Shown one piece after another: positions 17,435 through 26,111 of a stretch of 29,612 bases of DNA. How positions within the stretch are numbered: position 1 is the first letter of the stretch; each line of letters opens with the position of its first letter. The DNA comes from a virus (Duplodnaviria > Caudoviricetes). The stretch is from positions 1 to 29,612 of IMG/VR virus record IMGVR_UViG_3300017912_001229. One strand, 5' to 3'. Made by a program: the position numbers and the translations under genes. Below the pieces are notes generated by a model. The model did not search any database. It was not told the origin of the DNA and saw nothing but the letters and a program-made list of their open reading frames with translations.

Positions 17435-18810
17435 TATTCAGGCGCTACCGGAAACTGACCGAGAACCTGCGTTGCACCTTCAATCTCAACGTGAGACTGC
17501 GCCAGCTTGTCATCATCCAGGACAAGGTCTGCGATCTGCTTGTCTATCTCTTGCGCAAGCGTGACCGATCTCACTCCGCTGGCTTTCATCTGTTGTAAAA
17601 ACAAAAGTTCTTTGTCGTAGTCACGGATGTCAAACGAGTCAGGATAGAACACCTCTACATCTGGCATCACATCCAGCCAGTTGCAGAAGTACGTCCACAG
17701 ATGCTCCTCGGCTAGTTCTAAAAGGTCAGCTTTCTCTGACAGCTTCGCATTAAGCATCTGGAATTCAGTCTGCATGGCAATGCCAGACATCGTCTTCGCA
17801 TCGGTTCCACGAACTGCACCCATCTGCGCCATGCGGTTGATTGCCTCCACCTTGTCGCTGATTGAAGCACGTATGCTGTCGATGTTCTGACCAGACGGTT
17901 GTAGCAAGAACGGTGCCATCGTGTCAGCCGCCTCATCAGGTACGTTAATCACGGAGCCTGCACCCGCGCTCGCGTCTGTGTCGTAGGTCTTCACAAGTGA
18001 GGGATGGTTGCTGATACGGATTAACTGCTCAATCTCAGACAGTTCTGAGTAGATAGCCTTCTGCATATAAGCGATGTCGGACAGGTCTGATATGCCCACT
18101 CCCCTCGTCACACTGCGTTGTGCTGGCAGATAAACGGCTGGAATCTTGCCCAGTGGGTTGTCGATCTCGCTAATCATTTGCTCTTTATCGCCGTCAGACT
18201 TCCACTGTTGAATCGTGTCTTTGCGCCAGATTCGGTAATAGCTGATCTTGGTAGTAGCGTTCTCGCGGTCTACAGCCTCACGCAGCTTCAAGTAGGTCAG
18301 TTCGAACCTACCAGATGGTGTGCGCTCCCACTTCCAATCAAACACGTTCTCAGGGGTGAATAGGGACAGATATGGCCTTATTTCCTGCTCTAGCTCTTCG
18401 GCTCTCGTCTTCGCATTGGACTGTGGCTTATCCACAAGAATGTAGACGTGACCATAAACACTCGCCCAGATCTGTGCCTGCTTCATAAAACTGTTGAGGC
18501 TTGCGCCATCTAGGTCAGCGTCTTTGATTAACGCATCCAGAGCGGGATTGCCCGTCAGCGAGTTGAACACGCGAACAGGGGGAGTGCGCCACAAGAACGA
18601 ACTGTAGATGTGAACTACATTTCGGCAGTGGTTATCTACAGGTGTCAACTGAATGCGTCGTGCATACTCGTTCTCTGATTCGTTAAGATACCCCGTCAGA
18701 TAGCTGCCGTTCTGATACTCCTGCCCACCCAAGTACGACCGGATGTAAAACTCCCAGCGTGCCTCATTCGCGTCGTAATCTGGGTGTTGATATTCAATGT
18801 TCGATGCCAC
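17434..18810 (-). CDS. Portal protein (SPP1 gp6-like)
   Basis: Follows TerL; HPDY, YARR, DADLDG, NPLGKIP, GISDLSDIA, SGIAMQ motifs; start GTG 18810 (18819 possible). Confidence 0.9.
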   Translation of the reverse strand: MASNIEYQHPDYDANEARWEFYIRSYLGGQEYQNGSYLTGYLNESENEYARRIQLTPVDNHCRNVVHIYSSFLWRTPPVRVFNSLTGNPALDALIKDADLDGASLNSFMKQAQIWASVYGHVYILVDKPQSNAKTRAEELEQEIRPYLSLFTPENVFDWKWERTPSGRFELTYLKLREAVDRENATTKISYYRIWRKDTIQQWKSDGDKEQMISEIDNPLGKIPAVYLPAQRSVTRGVGISDLSDIAYMQKAIYSELSEIEQLIRISNHPSLVKTYDTDASAGAGSVINVPDEAADTMAPFLLQPSGQNIDSIRASISDKVEAINRMAQMGAVRGTDAKTMSGIAMQTEFQMLNAKLSEKADLLELAEEHLWTYFCNWLDVMPDVEVFYPDSFDIRDYDKELLFLQQMKASGVRSVTLAQEIDKQIADLVLDDDKLAQSHVEIEGATQVLGQFPVAPE

Positions 18811-20039
18811 TAGCTCCACCTCGTTGGTTGTTCAACTTCTCGCTGCTTCCTGATTGGGTACAGATATTCAACCAGATACCCGAGTGCGTCATTCATGTGA
18901 TCGTAGCCGTCGTCCTTGTTGGGCTGGCTAGTTCCTTCCTTGTACGTCTGTCGCTCAAGCGAAGCGATGGTCTGCTTGCACTTAGGATCAACGAACAATG
19001 CCCTCACCCCACTTGTGGAGCGAAGCCTGCTGTTGACGCTGTTGATTCTGTCCCTGATTGCCGGATGACTGTTCCGCACCTTCACCGCGAACCCTGCGTT
19101 CTGGAGTATCGACAGATCCGTCCTCCCTCCCGCACTGGTCTTTCTCTGTTTACTTGCTGGGTCGGGGTAGATAGTGATGCGTCGATCCCCGTACCGCTGC
19201 TTGATCTCGTCCACCATCTCGTCGGTGTTTGAGCCATAAATCACGATCTCATCCATTACTTTGATCTCGTTGCCCTCTCTTACACATACCGCTGCGCTCA
19301 TGGGGTCGAGGTTAAAGTCCATGCCAATGTGTAAATCGTCTCCAGCATCTAGGACTGCTTGCACGCTCTCCTCTCTACTGAAAGAGTAGTAAATGATTCC
19401 GCTGTAATTAACAAAGCGCGCCTCGTATTCTTGCTGGAATGTCCGTTCGTCTAGGTCATTCCGCGCCGCCTCAATCTCTGCCGCCTCAACATTGCCGCCC
19501 TGGATGGTAGTATACTGGAAGGCCTGCCAGCCCTCCTCTTGGTCGACTCCTCGCGTCCATAGGTCATAGAAATGATTGCGCCCCTTAGGTGTGCCAATGA
19601 ACAAAGCTCGCGTAGGATTATCCTCAGTATGCCGATCCGATAGCGATGGACGCAAAACTTCGTACCATGCTTCTTTTCGCATATCGGCGAATTCATCCAT
19701 CACGACAAAATCTAACGCCCTGCCTCGCAAATTATCCGGCTTCTCTGCTCCTTTGAGCGATATACTGGATCCGTTGCGCAAGATAACCGATAAAGCGCTT
19801 TCGTTCTTTTTTACCACATAACCATCGGGAAGAGCGTCGTTAAGCATATCCCAGGCGATCTCTTTTGCCGCCTTATAGGTGGGCGCTACGTACCAGCAGT
19901 TTTTCGACTTGCCACTTAACGCTGCGCGTATCAATTCATGAGTGGACAAGAATGTTTTGCCGAATCTTCTTCCAGCGACCACTGTTCTAAACCGTGAATC
20001 ACTGAAAAAAATATCATCCTGCGGCTTAGTTAGCCTCAC
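18810..20039 (-). CDS. terL: Terminase large subunit
   Basis: Walker A AGRRFGKT, LRG..LDFVVMDE, IGTPKGRNHFY, GMDFN, DHMNDALGY. Confidence 0.95.
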   Translation of the reverse strand: MRLTKPQDDIFFSDSRFRTVVAGRRFGKTFLSTHELIRAALSGKSKNCWYVAPTYKAAKEIAWDMLNDALPDGYVVKKNESALSVILRNGSSISLKGAEKPDNLRGRALDFVVMDEFADMRKEAWYEVLRPSLSDRHTEDNPTRALFIGTPKGRNHFYDLWTRGVDQEEGWQAFQYTTIQGGNVEAAEIEAARNDLDERTFQQEYEARFVNYSGIIYYSFSREESVQAVLDAGDDLHIGMDFNLDPMSAAVCVREGNEIKVMDEIVIYGSNTDEMVDEIKQRYGDRRITIYPDPASKQRKTSAGGRTDLSILQNAGFAVKVRNSHPAIRDRINSVNSRLRSTSGVRALFVDPKCKQTIASLERQTYKEGTSQPNKDDGYDHMNDALGYLVEYLYPIRKQREVEQPTRWS

Positions 20040-20367
20040 TTGCCCGCTCTATCACGATGGGCGGCAGATCCTGGGCCTCAGGTTCTTGTTGATCTGTTTG
20101 CCCTAACCAATTCTTGCCGAGCCATACCAACATTGTGGTATTGCCATCCATCGCAGCAGTGTATTGCTTGCGGCGTAGGCTCATTTTCCCGTGACTGGCC
20201 TTTTGCTTGAAATAATCCGAAAAACCCACCCCCTGCTCTCTTTTACAGGCGCTATTTAGCGTGTCGTAATCCACTCCCAGGATTGATGCCTGCTCCTCTC
20301 CAGTACAGTGAATCGCACACATTTTATCGACTTGATCCCAGTCGATTATCTTCAACGGTCTAGCCAT
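20026..20367 (-). CDS. terS: Terminase small subunit
   Basis: MARP..., CT.EE.A.ILGV HTH, SLRRKQ, MLVWLGKNWLGQTD; overlaps TerL start. Confidence 0.85.
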   Translation of the reverse strand: MARPLKIIDWDQVDKMCAIHCTGEEQASILGVDYDTLNSACKREQGVGFSDYFKQKASHGKMSLRRKQYTAAMDGNTTMLVWLGKNWLGQTDQQEPEAQDLPPIVIERASEAN

Positions 20368-21235
20368 GCTTTTTATAACTCTCGGGCACTATCATTGGGC
20401 AAGCGTGTTTCCAGTTCAGTCGGTGATGTAGTCTCCTAGCTGTTACGCCTAACTCGCTGATTTTCACGCAGGAGGGCGCATACATGACGCTGTAGAAGCT
20501 CTTGACGTATGTACCCAAGTCTAAATAGATGTCGGTCAAGCCGCCGTCATTAGCTTGTGTTTGTTTCTGGTGCAGCCTGATCCTGGGCGCTGTTATAAAA
20601 AGCGATCCTCGTAACCCATTTTCTGCATAAAGGTTCACATCTTCGTTGATCCTGCCCATGAACTTAAAGGGTCTATCAACGCTACAAAAAAAGCTGTTCA
20701 TTACCTTACGGGCAAACTGCCCCCGCTTATGTAGTTTGGCGAGACGTGCCTCTCCACCACCTATGAAGTCCCCTCCCTGAGCCATAGCCAGTGTGGTCGC
20801 TCCGCTGTCTATGAAGTACTGCAGCATGGCTTCTATCACGCCATCGAGGGACTTGATCGTGCATGATTTAGTTATATATTGGCGGTCGTTGTCGAACGCA
20901 TACCGAAAGTCTGTGTAATCGTCATCAAGCTCTAAAAAATAAGTGATGCCAAGCTGTTTTGCCACCGCGAATGTATAGTTCCTGGCGTATACAACGCTGT
21001 TTCGCTTACCGAAATTGTCCCCAGAGTCGGTAATGTCTATTGCCGCTTGCTTATCGAATACCACAACCTGATCTCCGTACATTTCTTTGTACCGCGGAAT
21101 GTCGGCATCCTCGTTATCTACCATCAAGTAGATTCGGCCCGTATAGCCGTGTTTGCGCAGACAATTGTACGTATAGACTTTATCGGCGCGCCCATGCGTT
21201 AGTATAAGTACAGCGAAGTCTTTTCTATTCTTCAT
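20360..21235 (-). CDS. GT-A fold glycosyltransferase, GREB1/TET-associated (TAGT)-like
   Basis: ILTHGRA, YARN, LDDDY (DxD), MNSFF, F.GRINED, QTQANDGGLT motifs. Confidence 0.78.
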   Translation of the reverse strand: MKNRKDFAVLILTHGRADKVYTYNCLRKHGYTGRIYLMVDNEDADIPRYKEMYGDQVVVFDKQAAIDITDSGDNFGKRNSVVYARNYTFAVAKQLGITYFLELDDDYTDFRYAFDNDRQYITKSCTIKSLDGVIEAMLQYFIDSGATTLAMAQGGDFIGGGEARLAKLHKRGQFARKVMNSFFCSVDRPFKFMGRINEDVNLYAENGLRGSLFITAPRIRLHQKQTQANDGGLTDIYLDLGTYVKSFYSVMYAPSCVKISELGVTARRLHHRLNWKHACPMIVPESYKKHG

Positions 21236-22010
21236 CTGGGTACTCTGTTGAATACTGAGACGATAGCTTTTCTGATAACGCTACGTAGCCATTCTCTATT
21301 GCCTTATCAAAGTCAATGATTACCAGGGCGCTGTTTTCCATCAGCTCCTGGCACTCCACGCTTGCGTTTGCGTAGTAGTTGGCGATCTCCTCAAAATTGA
21401 ACACAACGTGCCGATTGGCGGCAGCGAGTAAAAACATCTTCTCGTCTGTGGGTAGATCGGATCTCGTTATCTGCTCACATAACTGCACTGCTTTAGAGTC
21501 GTCAAATAGTGATTGCACCTCTGGCTTTTCCCCAGTTGGCTCGTATACAGGAATCTCTACCTTCTGCGTATACGGGTTTTCAGAATCGGCGGCGACATCA
21601 CTGTCAATCCGAATAGCAGCCAGCAAATCATCGTCCAGTGCCAGTACATCTATATCGAACTCTAGTTCCCGCAGCCTCTCGACTTCGAGGGCTAGAATGT
21701 CCGTATCCCACCCCCCGTTTTCTGAGAGCTTGTTGTCTGCTATCACATACGCTTTCTTTTGTGCCTCGGTAAGTCCTGCCAGAGTTATCGTAGGCACCAA
21801 CTCCATGCCTAACTTCTGCGCCGCTGCAAGCCTGCCATGGCCTGCAATGATTCCATTGTGCTCGTCTAACAGTATCGGGTTGTTAAACCCGAACTCCTTA
21901 ATGCTCGCCGCAACCTGCGCCACCTGTTGCTCACTGTGGGTGCGTGGGTTGTTTGCGTACGGAATAACGTCCGTTGTGGCTATGTATGCCACCTCAAGAT
22001 TCTGATTCAC
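21225..22010 (-). CDS. ParB/Srx N-terminal domain fused to an uncharacterised helical C-terminal domain
   Basis: PYANNPRTH, SIKEFGFNNPIL, IIAGHGRLAAA, IADNK; C-term YTQKVEIPVYEP...RHVVFNFEEIANYYA...SALVIIDFDKAIENGYV. Confidence 0.85.
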   Translation of the reverse strand: MNQNLEVAYIATTDVIPYANNPRTHSEQQVAQVAASIKEFGFNNPILLDEHNGIIAGHGRLAAAQKLGMELVPTITLAGLTEAQKKAYVIADNKLSENGGWDTDILALEVERLRELEFDIDVLALDDDLLAAIRIDSDVAADSENPYTQKVEIPVYEPTGEKPEVQSLFDDSKAVQLCEQITRSDLPTDEKMFLLAAANRHVVFNFEEIANYYANASVECQELMENSALVIIDFDKAIENGYVALSEKLSSQYSTEYPDEE

Positions 22011-22378
22011 TTTTTCGTTGCTCGCCTAACTGCTTTGCGTTCTGCCTCAGTGTATGAAGCCTTGTTTTGGCCCTTCTTGGTAGCTTTGTTTTTTGCTCTC
22101 GAACCCGCTGCCTTCTGTCCAGAAGACAGAGAATCCCGCGCAGCCTTTGGCAGATACCGCCCTTGCCCTTTCTCCCCCACATAATCCCAGTCTTGATCCG
22201 TCCAGCGGCTCAGTGATGTTTCTTTTTTTGGGCCTTCGTACTTCCCACCCATGTCTTTGTAGTATTTGACAGCCAGTTGCGCAGCTCTGCCAGACCAAGT
22301 GCCGCCCATCTTCCTCTTGGCTTTAGCTTTGGCCCTCTCCCATATCTCTGGGTTCTTTCTTTTCGCTGTCTCTGCCAT
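22007..22378 (-). CDS. Basic conserved phage protein (DUF5872-like)
   Basis: WSGRAAQLAVKYYKDMGGKY, SLSRWTDQDW, RYLPKAA motifs. Confidence 0.7.
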   Translation of the reverse strand: MAETAKRKNPEIWERAKAKAKRKMGGTWSGRAAQLAVKYYKDMGGKYEGPKKETSLSRWTDQDWDYVGEKGQGRYLPKAARDSLSSGQKAAGSRAKNKATKKGQNKASYTEAERKAVRRATKK

Positions 22379-22599
22379 CAGTTATTGAAGCTCTGCTTGG
22401 TTCGTCCAGGCGTGTCGTGTCGCTCAATCATACTCTCAAGGGCGCGAATCTTACGCTCTGGCGGTAGCTCGTGATAGAAAAACAGCCTTCGGCTCGATCC
22501 CGTATGCGTTGCACCTGTATGCACCTCGCCATTCGCCATTGTATGAACTTGGCCTGCGTAGATAGTGCCGTCACGGTTGAATAGTAAAACGCCCCTCAT
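22378..22599 (-). CDS. Small His-rich hypothetical protein (DGT.Y.G..H.M..G..HTG..HT)
   Basis: Start reassigned to ATG at 22599 (ATGA overlap with holin stop). Confidence 0.7.
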   Translation of the reverse strand: MRGVLLFNRDGTIYAGQVHTMANGEVHTGATHTGSSRRLFFYHELPPERKIRALESMIERHDTPGRTKQSFNN

Positions 22600-23000
22600 T
22601 TTGACACCTGCTTCGTCTTTTCGTAGGTTCTCATCGCGCCGAGTCCCAGCATCCCCATCAGGACGGGCATCATCGTGTCTAGGGCGACCAGTGGAATGGT
22701 CACATCTATCTCCATCAAAGCGAGGACGAAGTTGGCAAATGGTATGACCATGAAGTTGCCAGCCATCCCCAAGACGCACACCCAGCCGACTGCTGGTCTC
22801 CATCCTGCTACAAAGAGGTTTCTGTTCGCTGCTTCTACCTTGTTGACCTCAAGCTGCGCCTTTGCGTTCTCATTGGCGTGGCGTTCTGCCATGGTCGCTA
22901 TCTCGTGCGCCAGCTTCGCCTTTTGATCTTTGTCCTCGATGAACTCAGACAGTAGCCCAGTGACAGGCCCGACAAGCTCTTTTACGATGCCTAGACTCAT
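22596..23000 (-). CDS. Holin, 3-TM GTA-like family
   Basis: FVAGWRPAVGWVC and LMGMLGLGAMRTYEK signatures. Confidence 0.88.
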   Translation of the reverse strand: MSLGIVKELVGPVTGLLSEFIEDKDQKAKLAHEIATMAERHANENAKAQLEVNKVEAANRNLFVAGWRPAVGWVCVLGMAGNFMVIPFANFVLALMEIDVTIPLVALDTMMPVLMGMLGLGAMRTYEKTKQVSK

Positions 23001-23392
23001 ATCTCAGCCCTCACTCCCTTGATGGTTAGGTAGAACTCTTTTCCGACCACATCGAAGAACTCTGCCAAGGTGTCTTTGCTGTTATATACCGCTGGCTCTA
23101 GCGCATCAGAGACAAAGCTGTTGCCGACTCCAATACACCCCTCCACGTCGTAGGGAAAGTTGGCAACGTGGAACAAGATAAACGTGCGATCTGGCACGTC
23201 CATGATCTGAACAACGTCCTTGAATCTGTTACCACTGAACGGCTGGCAGGTGTAATCGCCTTCGGGGATGCAAGACACGTTTGGCCTGTTGTCTAGCCAC
23301 GGTCTCTCGATAGTGTAGCAGTTCCAGTCACCCGCCCACATGCGACCAAGTGTTCCGCTGTCTAGGTACGCGAATCTTTCTAAATAGACCAT
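22997..23392 (-). CDS. DUF5675-family protein, putative endolysin
   Basis: TIERPW.DN....SCIPEG.Y, VPDRTFILFH.AN...D.EGCI.VG; adjacent to holin; start reassigned to ATG at 23392. Confidence 0.78.
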   Translation of the reverse strand: MVYLERFAYLDSGTLGRMWAGDWNCYTIERPWLDNRPNVSCIPEGDYTCQPFSGNRFKDVVQIMDVPDRTFILFHVANFPYDVEGCIGVGNSFVSDALEPAVYNSKDTLAEFFDVVGKEFYLTIKGVRAEI

Positions 23393-23526
23393 TTGCGATC
23401 CTTGTTTTGAACCTGGACTTGTGCTATGCGCGAATAATACAGCATTTTTTTTGATTTGTGCAAAAAAACCCTTTTTATCTATAAAACTTTCCTTTATGAT
23501 GTACCCATCAACAACGAGGAACGAGC
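23393..23526. promoter_or_regulatory. AT-rich divergent promoter region (late operon leftward, early mini-operon rightward)
   Basis: Minus: TTGCAC-18-TATTAT; plus: TTTTTA-17-TATGAT; inverted repeat TTTTAT-CT-ATAAAA near 23473-23486. Confidence 0.5.
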
Positions 23527-23745
23527 ATGAAAATTGAACTAATCGCAACCTACAGAAACGAAGAAGATGGCTTAGAAGCATTGGTCATGGATGGTAACGA
23601 CAAGTACAACTACCGCGTAGTATTCCGCGACAGCGATGCTGATGAGACCATCTTTGTACGATTCACGCACACCTATCTTGATTGCATGAAGGGAGTCAAA
23701 GAGTTTTTGATGGATGACTTCATACACGTTGAGGGAGCCGCGTAA
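23527..23745 (+). CDS. Small acidic early hypothetical protein
   Basis: SD GAGGA; 72 aa; first gene after promoter. Confidence 0.75.
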   Translation: MKIELIATYRNEEDGLEALVMDGNDKYNYRVVFRDSDADETIFVRFTHTYLDCMKGVKEFLMDDFIHVEGAA

Positions 23746-23761
23746 GCGGCTTGGGGGTTAT

Positions 23762-24088
23762 ATGGAAATTACGCCAAAATTTTACCGAATCGCAATGGAT
23801 ATGCTTGAGTCTATTCGTAAGGACTATGACGATGACGTTGACTTTTTCCAGGCAATGGACGAGGTAGTAGGCAACAGCCAATACGCGATTTATCCCTACT
23901 ATGCTCAACGCCTTATTGTTGACGAGATGTCTTACGCACAACAGGCAGAAACAGAGTGGGAGCTAGCACAGCTCGGAGAATCTTCTAAGACGCTGACTTA
24001 CAACGAATTTGCCTGTCTAATAGCCTGCCATGCCATAAAAATGGTGATCTGCTCTCGAGCAGACGCAGAGGAAGTTGGGGAATATTAA
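23762..24088 (+). CDS. Ocr-like acidic protein, putative DNA-mimic anti-restriction factor
   Basis: 108 aa from ATG 23762, about 21 D/E vs 8 K/R; DDDVDFFQAMDEVVGNSQYAIYPYYA loosely parallels T7 gp0.3 [20 protein letters not shown]. Confidence 0.5.
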   Translation: MEITPKFYRIAMDMLESIRKDYDDDVDFFQAMDEVVGNSQYAIYPYYAQRLIVDEMSYAQQAETEWELAQLGESSKTLTYNEFACLIACHAIKMVICSRADAEEVGEY

Positions 24089-24256
24089 ATGAAACTACGT
24101 TACCCACTCGCCCTTCTGTTACTCGTTCTGATTGCTTGCGTCAGCAATAACGACTTCGAGGATGAGCTACAGCAAGAGCGTATCTATCTCGACGGTGTTT
24201 GCACTGGCATCCACGGGGATTATCTCAACCTTCAACCGACTTGCCCACGAGCTTGA
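24089..24256 (+). CDS. 55-aa exported protein / putative lipoprotein
   Basis: ATG directly after upstream TAA; MKLRYPLALLLLVLIAC signal with LIAC lipobox-like motif; not in ORF track. Confidence 0.7.
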   Translation: MKLRYPLALLLLVLIACVSNNDFEDELQQERIYLDGVCTGIHGDYLNLQPTCPRA

Positions 24257-24386
24257 TGATTTCTGGCTCCACGCCCTCTGGCATCTCTGCTGGGGGGTTG
24301 GGGTCATCTTCCATGTCTATCAATTCAGTAACGACAATCGTGACCTGACAATTTTTGGGTAAATCTTCCACGATCACACTAGGCAT
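24225..24386 (-). CDS. Small acidic hypothetical protein
   Basis: SD GAGGAG before ATG at 24386 (MPSVIVEDL). Confidence 0.6.
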   Translation of the reverse strand: MPSVIVEDLPKNCQVTIVVTELIDMEDDPNPPAEMPEGVEPEIIKLVGKSVEG

Positions 24387-24567
24387 CGGCCCTCTCCTCG
24401 ATAAATCGTTCACGTTGAACCAACTGCGCTAAATCCCTGCAAGCCTCTTCAAGCAACAGAATGTCCTTGGTGTGGCTGTACTCAGTCAGCAGATTAACCA
24501 CCCGCCCACTGAGGTAATTTAGATTGTTTGCGACGATGTATTCCCAAGGCTCAATCTCTTTCATCAT
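24379..24567 (-). CDS. Hypothetical protein
   Basis: ATGA overlap with phosphoesterase stop (MMKEIEPWEY). Confidence 0.65.
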   Translation of the reverse strand: MMKEIEPWEYIVANNLNYLSGRVVNLLTEYSHTKDILLLEEACRDLAQLVQRERFIEERADA

Positions 24568-25532
24568 GGGTAATCTACTTGATGTATCTGGCCCCGCCAC
24601 TCGTACTCGCCAGCTTTATGAACTTTGACAAACTCCGGCATCAGCAAGAAGTTATCACGAATGTTGAGCACAACGAACCCGCTGACCCAGTTTTTTGGGC
24701 CATCCTCAGCGTAATCGAATGTCGGTTGATTTGGGTCTGCCATCGTTCCGCACTGAATCCCGTACCGTTCTCCAGTGTAGTCAGTCCACGACTTGCATTC
24801 CATTTGATGTGTATGCCCCGTGACCATCGTCACGCCACTTTTGAGGGCGTTGTTGTATCCGGCGTGGATTCCGCCATTGTATCTATGCTTAATCACGATT
24901 GGACGCTCTGCGCCCTCCACCCACAAGCTCAGGCAGAATTCCCAGTTGCTGAAATGATCCCGTAAGGTGAATCCTGGAACACCTTTGAACTGCGGCAAAA
25001 GGTCTGCCAGCCGCATATCGAATCGAGCATCGTGATTACCCAAACACCAGTATCGCTCCGCGCCAGGCGCTGCTTTTTCGATTTCCTCCAACCGCTGACG
25101 TACCGTGTTCAGTTCTTGTTCTACGGTGGGCCTTTCCTCCCAACCCAGTGGTGGATGCCTGCTGATACTCGCACCATCGAGCAAGTCACCGTTAAGAATG
25201 ATAACGTCTGGCTGTAGTTCTTTGGCTAGTTCAACGAAGGCAAGGTGGGCAGTGGTGACGCTGTTCGCTTCGTAATGTGCATCCGAGCCGATCATTATGC
25301 ACATCGAGTTATCGACGGTGATCGACTTTCTAATTGTCCTGCGGGGCTTTCCGCTACGATCTAAGTGAGCAGGGACGTTTAACGGTCTGCCCAGTTGCCC
25401 CTCAACAGTCCGGCGCTTCTGGTAGACATTCCTAACACTGATGTCGTATTTAATCGCCATCCCCGACGCGCCTAAGCGCTCAAAGTCGAGTGCGAATACG
25501 TTTGGGTCAGTCGGTAACTTTCTCTTTGCCAT
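24564..25532 (-). CDS. Calcineurin-like metallophosphoesterase with N-terminal HTH-like region
   Basis: SDAH, NGDLLD, GNHD, KH, GHTH motifs; start reassigned to ATG at 25532. Confidence 0.88.
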   Translation of the reverse strand: MAKRKLPTDPNVFALDFERLGASGMAIKYDISVRNVYQKRRTVEGQLGRPLNVPAHLDRSGKPRRTIRKSITVDNSMCIMIGSDAHYEANSVTTAHLAFVELAKELQPDVIILNGDLLDGASISRHPPLGWEERPTVEQELNTVRQRLEEIEKAAPGAERYWCLGNHDARFDMRLADLLPQFKGVPGFTLRDHFSNWEFCLSLWVEGAERPIVIKHRYNGGIHAGYNNALKSGVTMVTGHTHQMECKSWTDYTGERYGIQCGTMADPNQPTFDYAEDGPKNWVSGFVVLNIRDNFLLMPEFVKVHKAGEYEWRGQIHQVDYP

Positions 25533-25689
25533 AGCCCCCTCTGCGAGCGTATGAGTTACAAACGTGGGCAAAAACCAACGTCTTGAGTTTATCGTCCGAT
25601 TCTGTCTTCTGTTCTGCTTCCCAAACCTGCTTGGCTGCTGCGTCCATGGCCCTCACCATATCGACCGCAATAGCCCTGGGGCTTCTCAT
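25507..25689 (-). CDS. Hypothetical protein
   Basis: ATGA overlap with NinG stop; 60 aa. Confidence 0.65.
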   Translation of the reverse strand: MRSPRAIAVDMVRAMDAAAKQVWEAEQKTESDDKLKTLVFAHVCNSYARRGGYGKEKVTD

Positions 25690-26111
25690 CTCCGTTCACC
25701 AATTCTGCGCTCATGCGCTTTGATCTGTTCTTCCCAGTCTGAAATCATCTCACGATAATCGGATGCGTAAAACTTAACTGGGTCTTTCTTTGTGGACAGC
25801 ATGTATTCCACAGTGTCTCGTCCGTACCAATCCATCATCCACATTGTGTACTGAGCTTCTGCGCTGCCATGCTTCATACCATAGCCGTTGCAGCCCTTAC
25901 ATTGCGGGTTCACATTTTGTTCTTCAAGCGCCCACCGCGATGAGGAACCCTTAGGTATGAAATGACCACCGTCCATGTTTTTGTAGTGATCTAACTTGCC
26001 ACAGCTTACGCATTTACAATAACCATTCCCATCGGCGGCGCTAATCCTGCACAGCTTTTGCAACGTTTTCAATGCTTTGGCTCTCAAAGTTTGCGTTGAT
26101 GTTTTTTTCAA
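25686..26111 (-). CDS. ninG: NinG/Rap-family recombination endonuclease
   Basis: CVSCG, MDGGHFI, NVNPQCKGCN motifs. Confidence 0.85.
   Translation of the reverse strand: MKKTSTQTLRAKALKTLQKLCRISAADGNGYCKCVSCGKLDHYKNMDGGHFIPKGSSSRWALEEQNVNPQCKGCNGYGMKHGSAEAQYTMWMMDWYGRDTVEYMLSTKKDPVKFYASDYREMISDWEEQIKAHERRIGERR

Noticed and set aside
21379-22005. 208-aa plus-strand ORF and other long antisense ORFs over late genes
   Set aside because: Ser-rich shadow frames of real minus-strand genes, without SD or motifs
23165-23174. Second parS (TGTTCCACGT half-site on minus strand)
   Set aside because: Only one half matches and it lies in coding sequence (LFHV); scattered GTTCCAC heptamers are near chance frequency
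23393-23581. N-terminal extension of the DUF5675 ORF to 23581 (and similar extensions at 22803, 14671, 2437)
   Set aside because: Extensions run through promoters, terminators or neighbouring genes; internal starts have SD or stop-start overlaps
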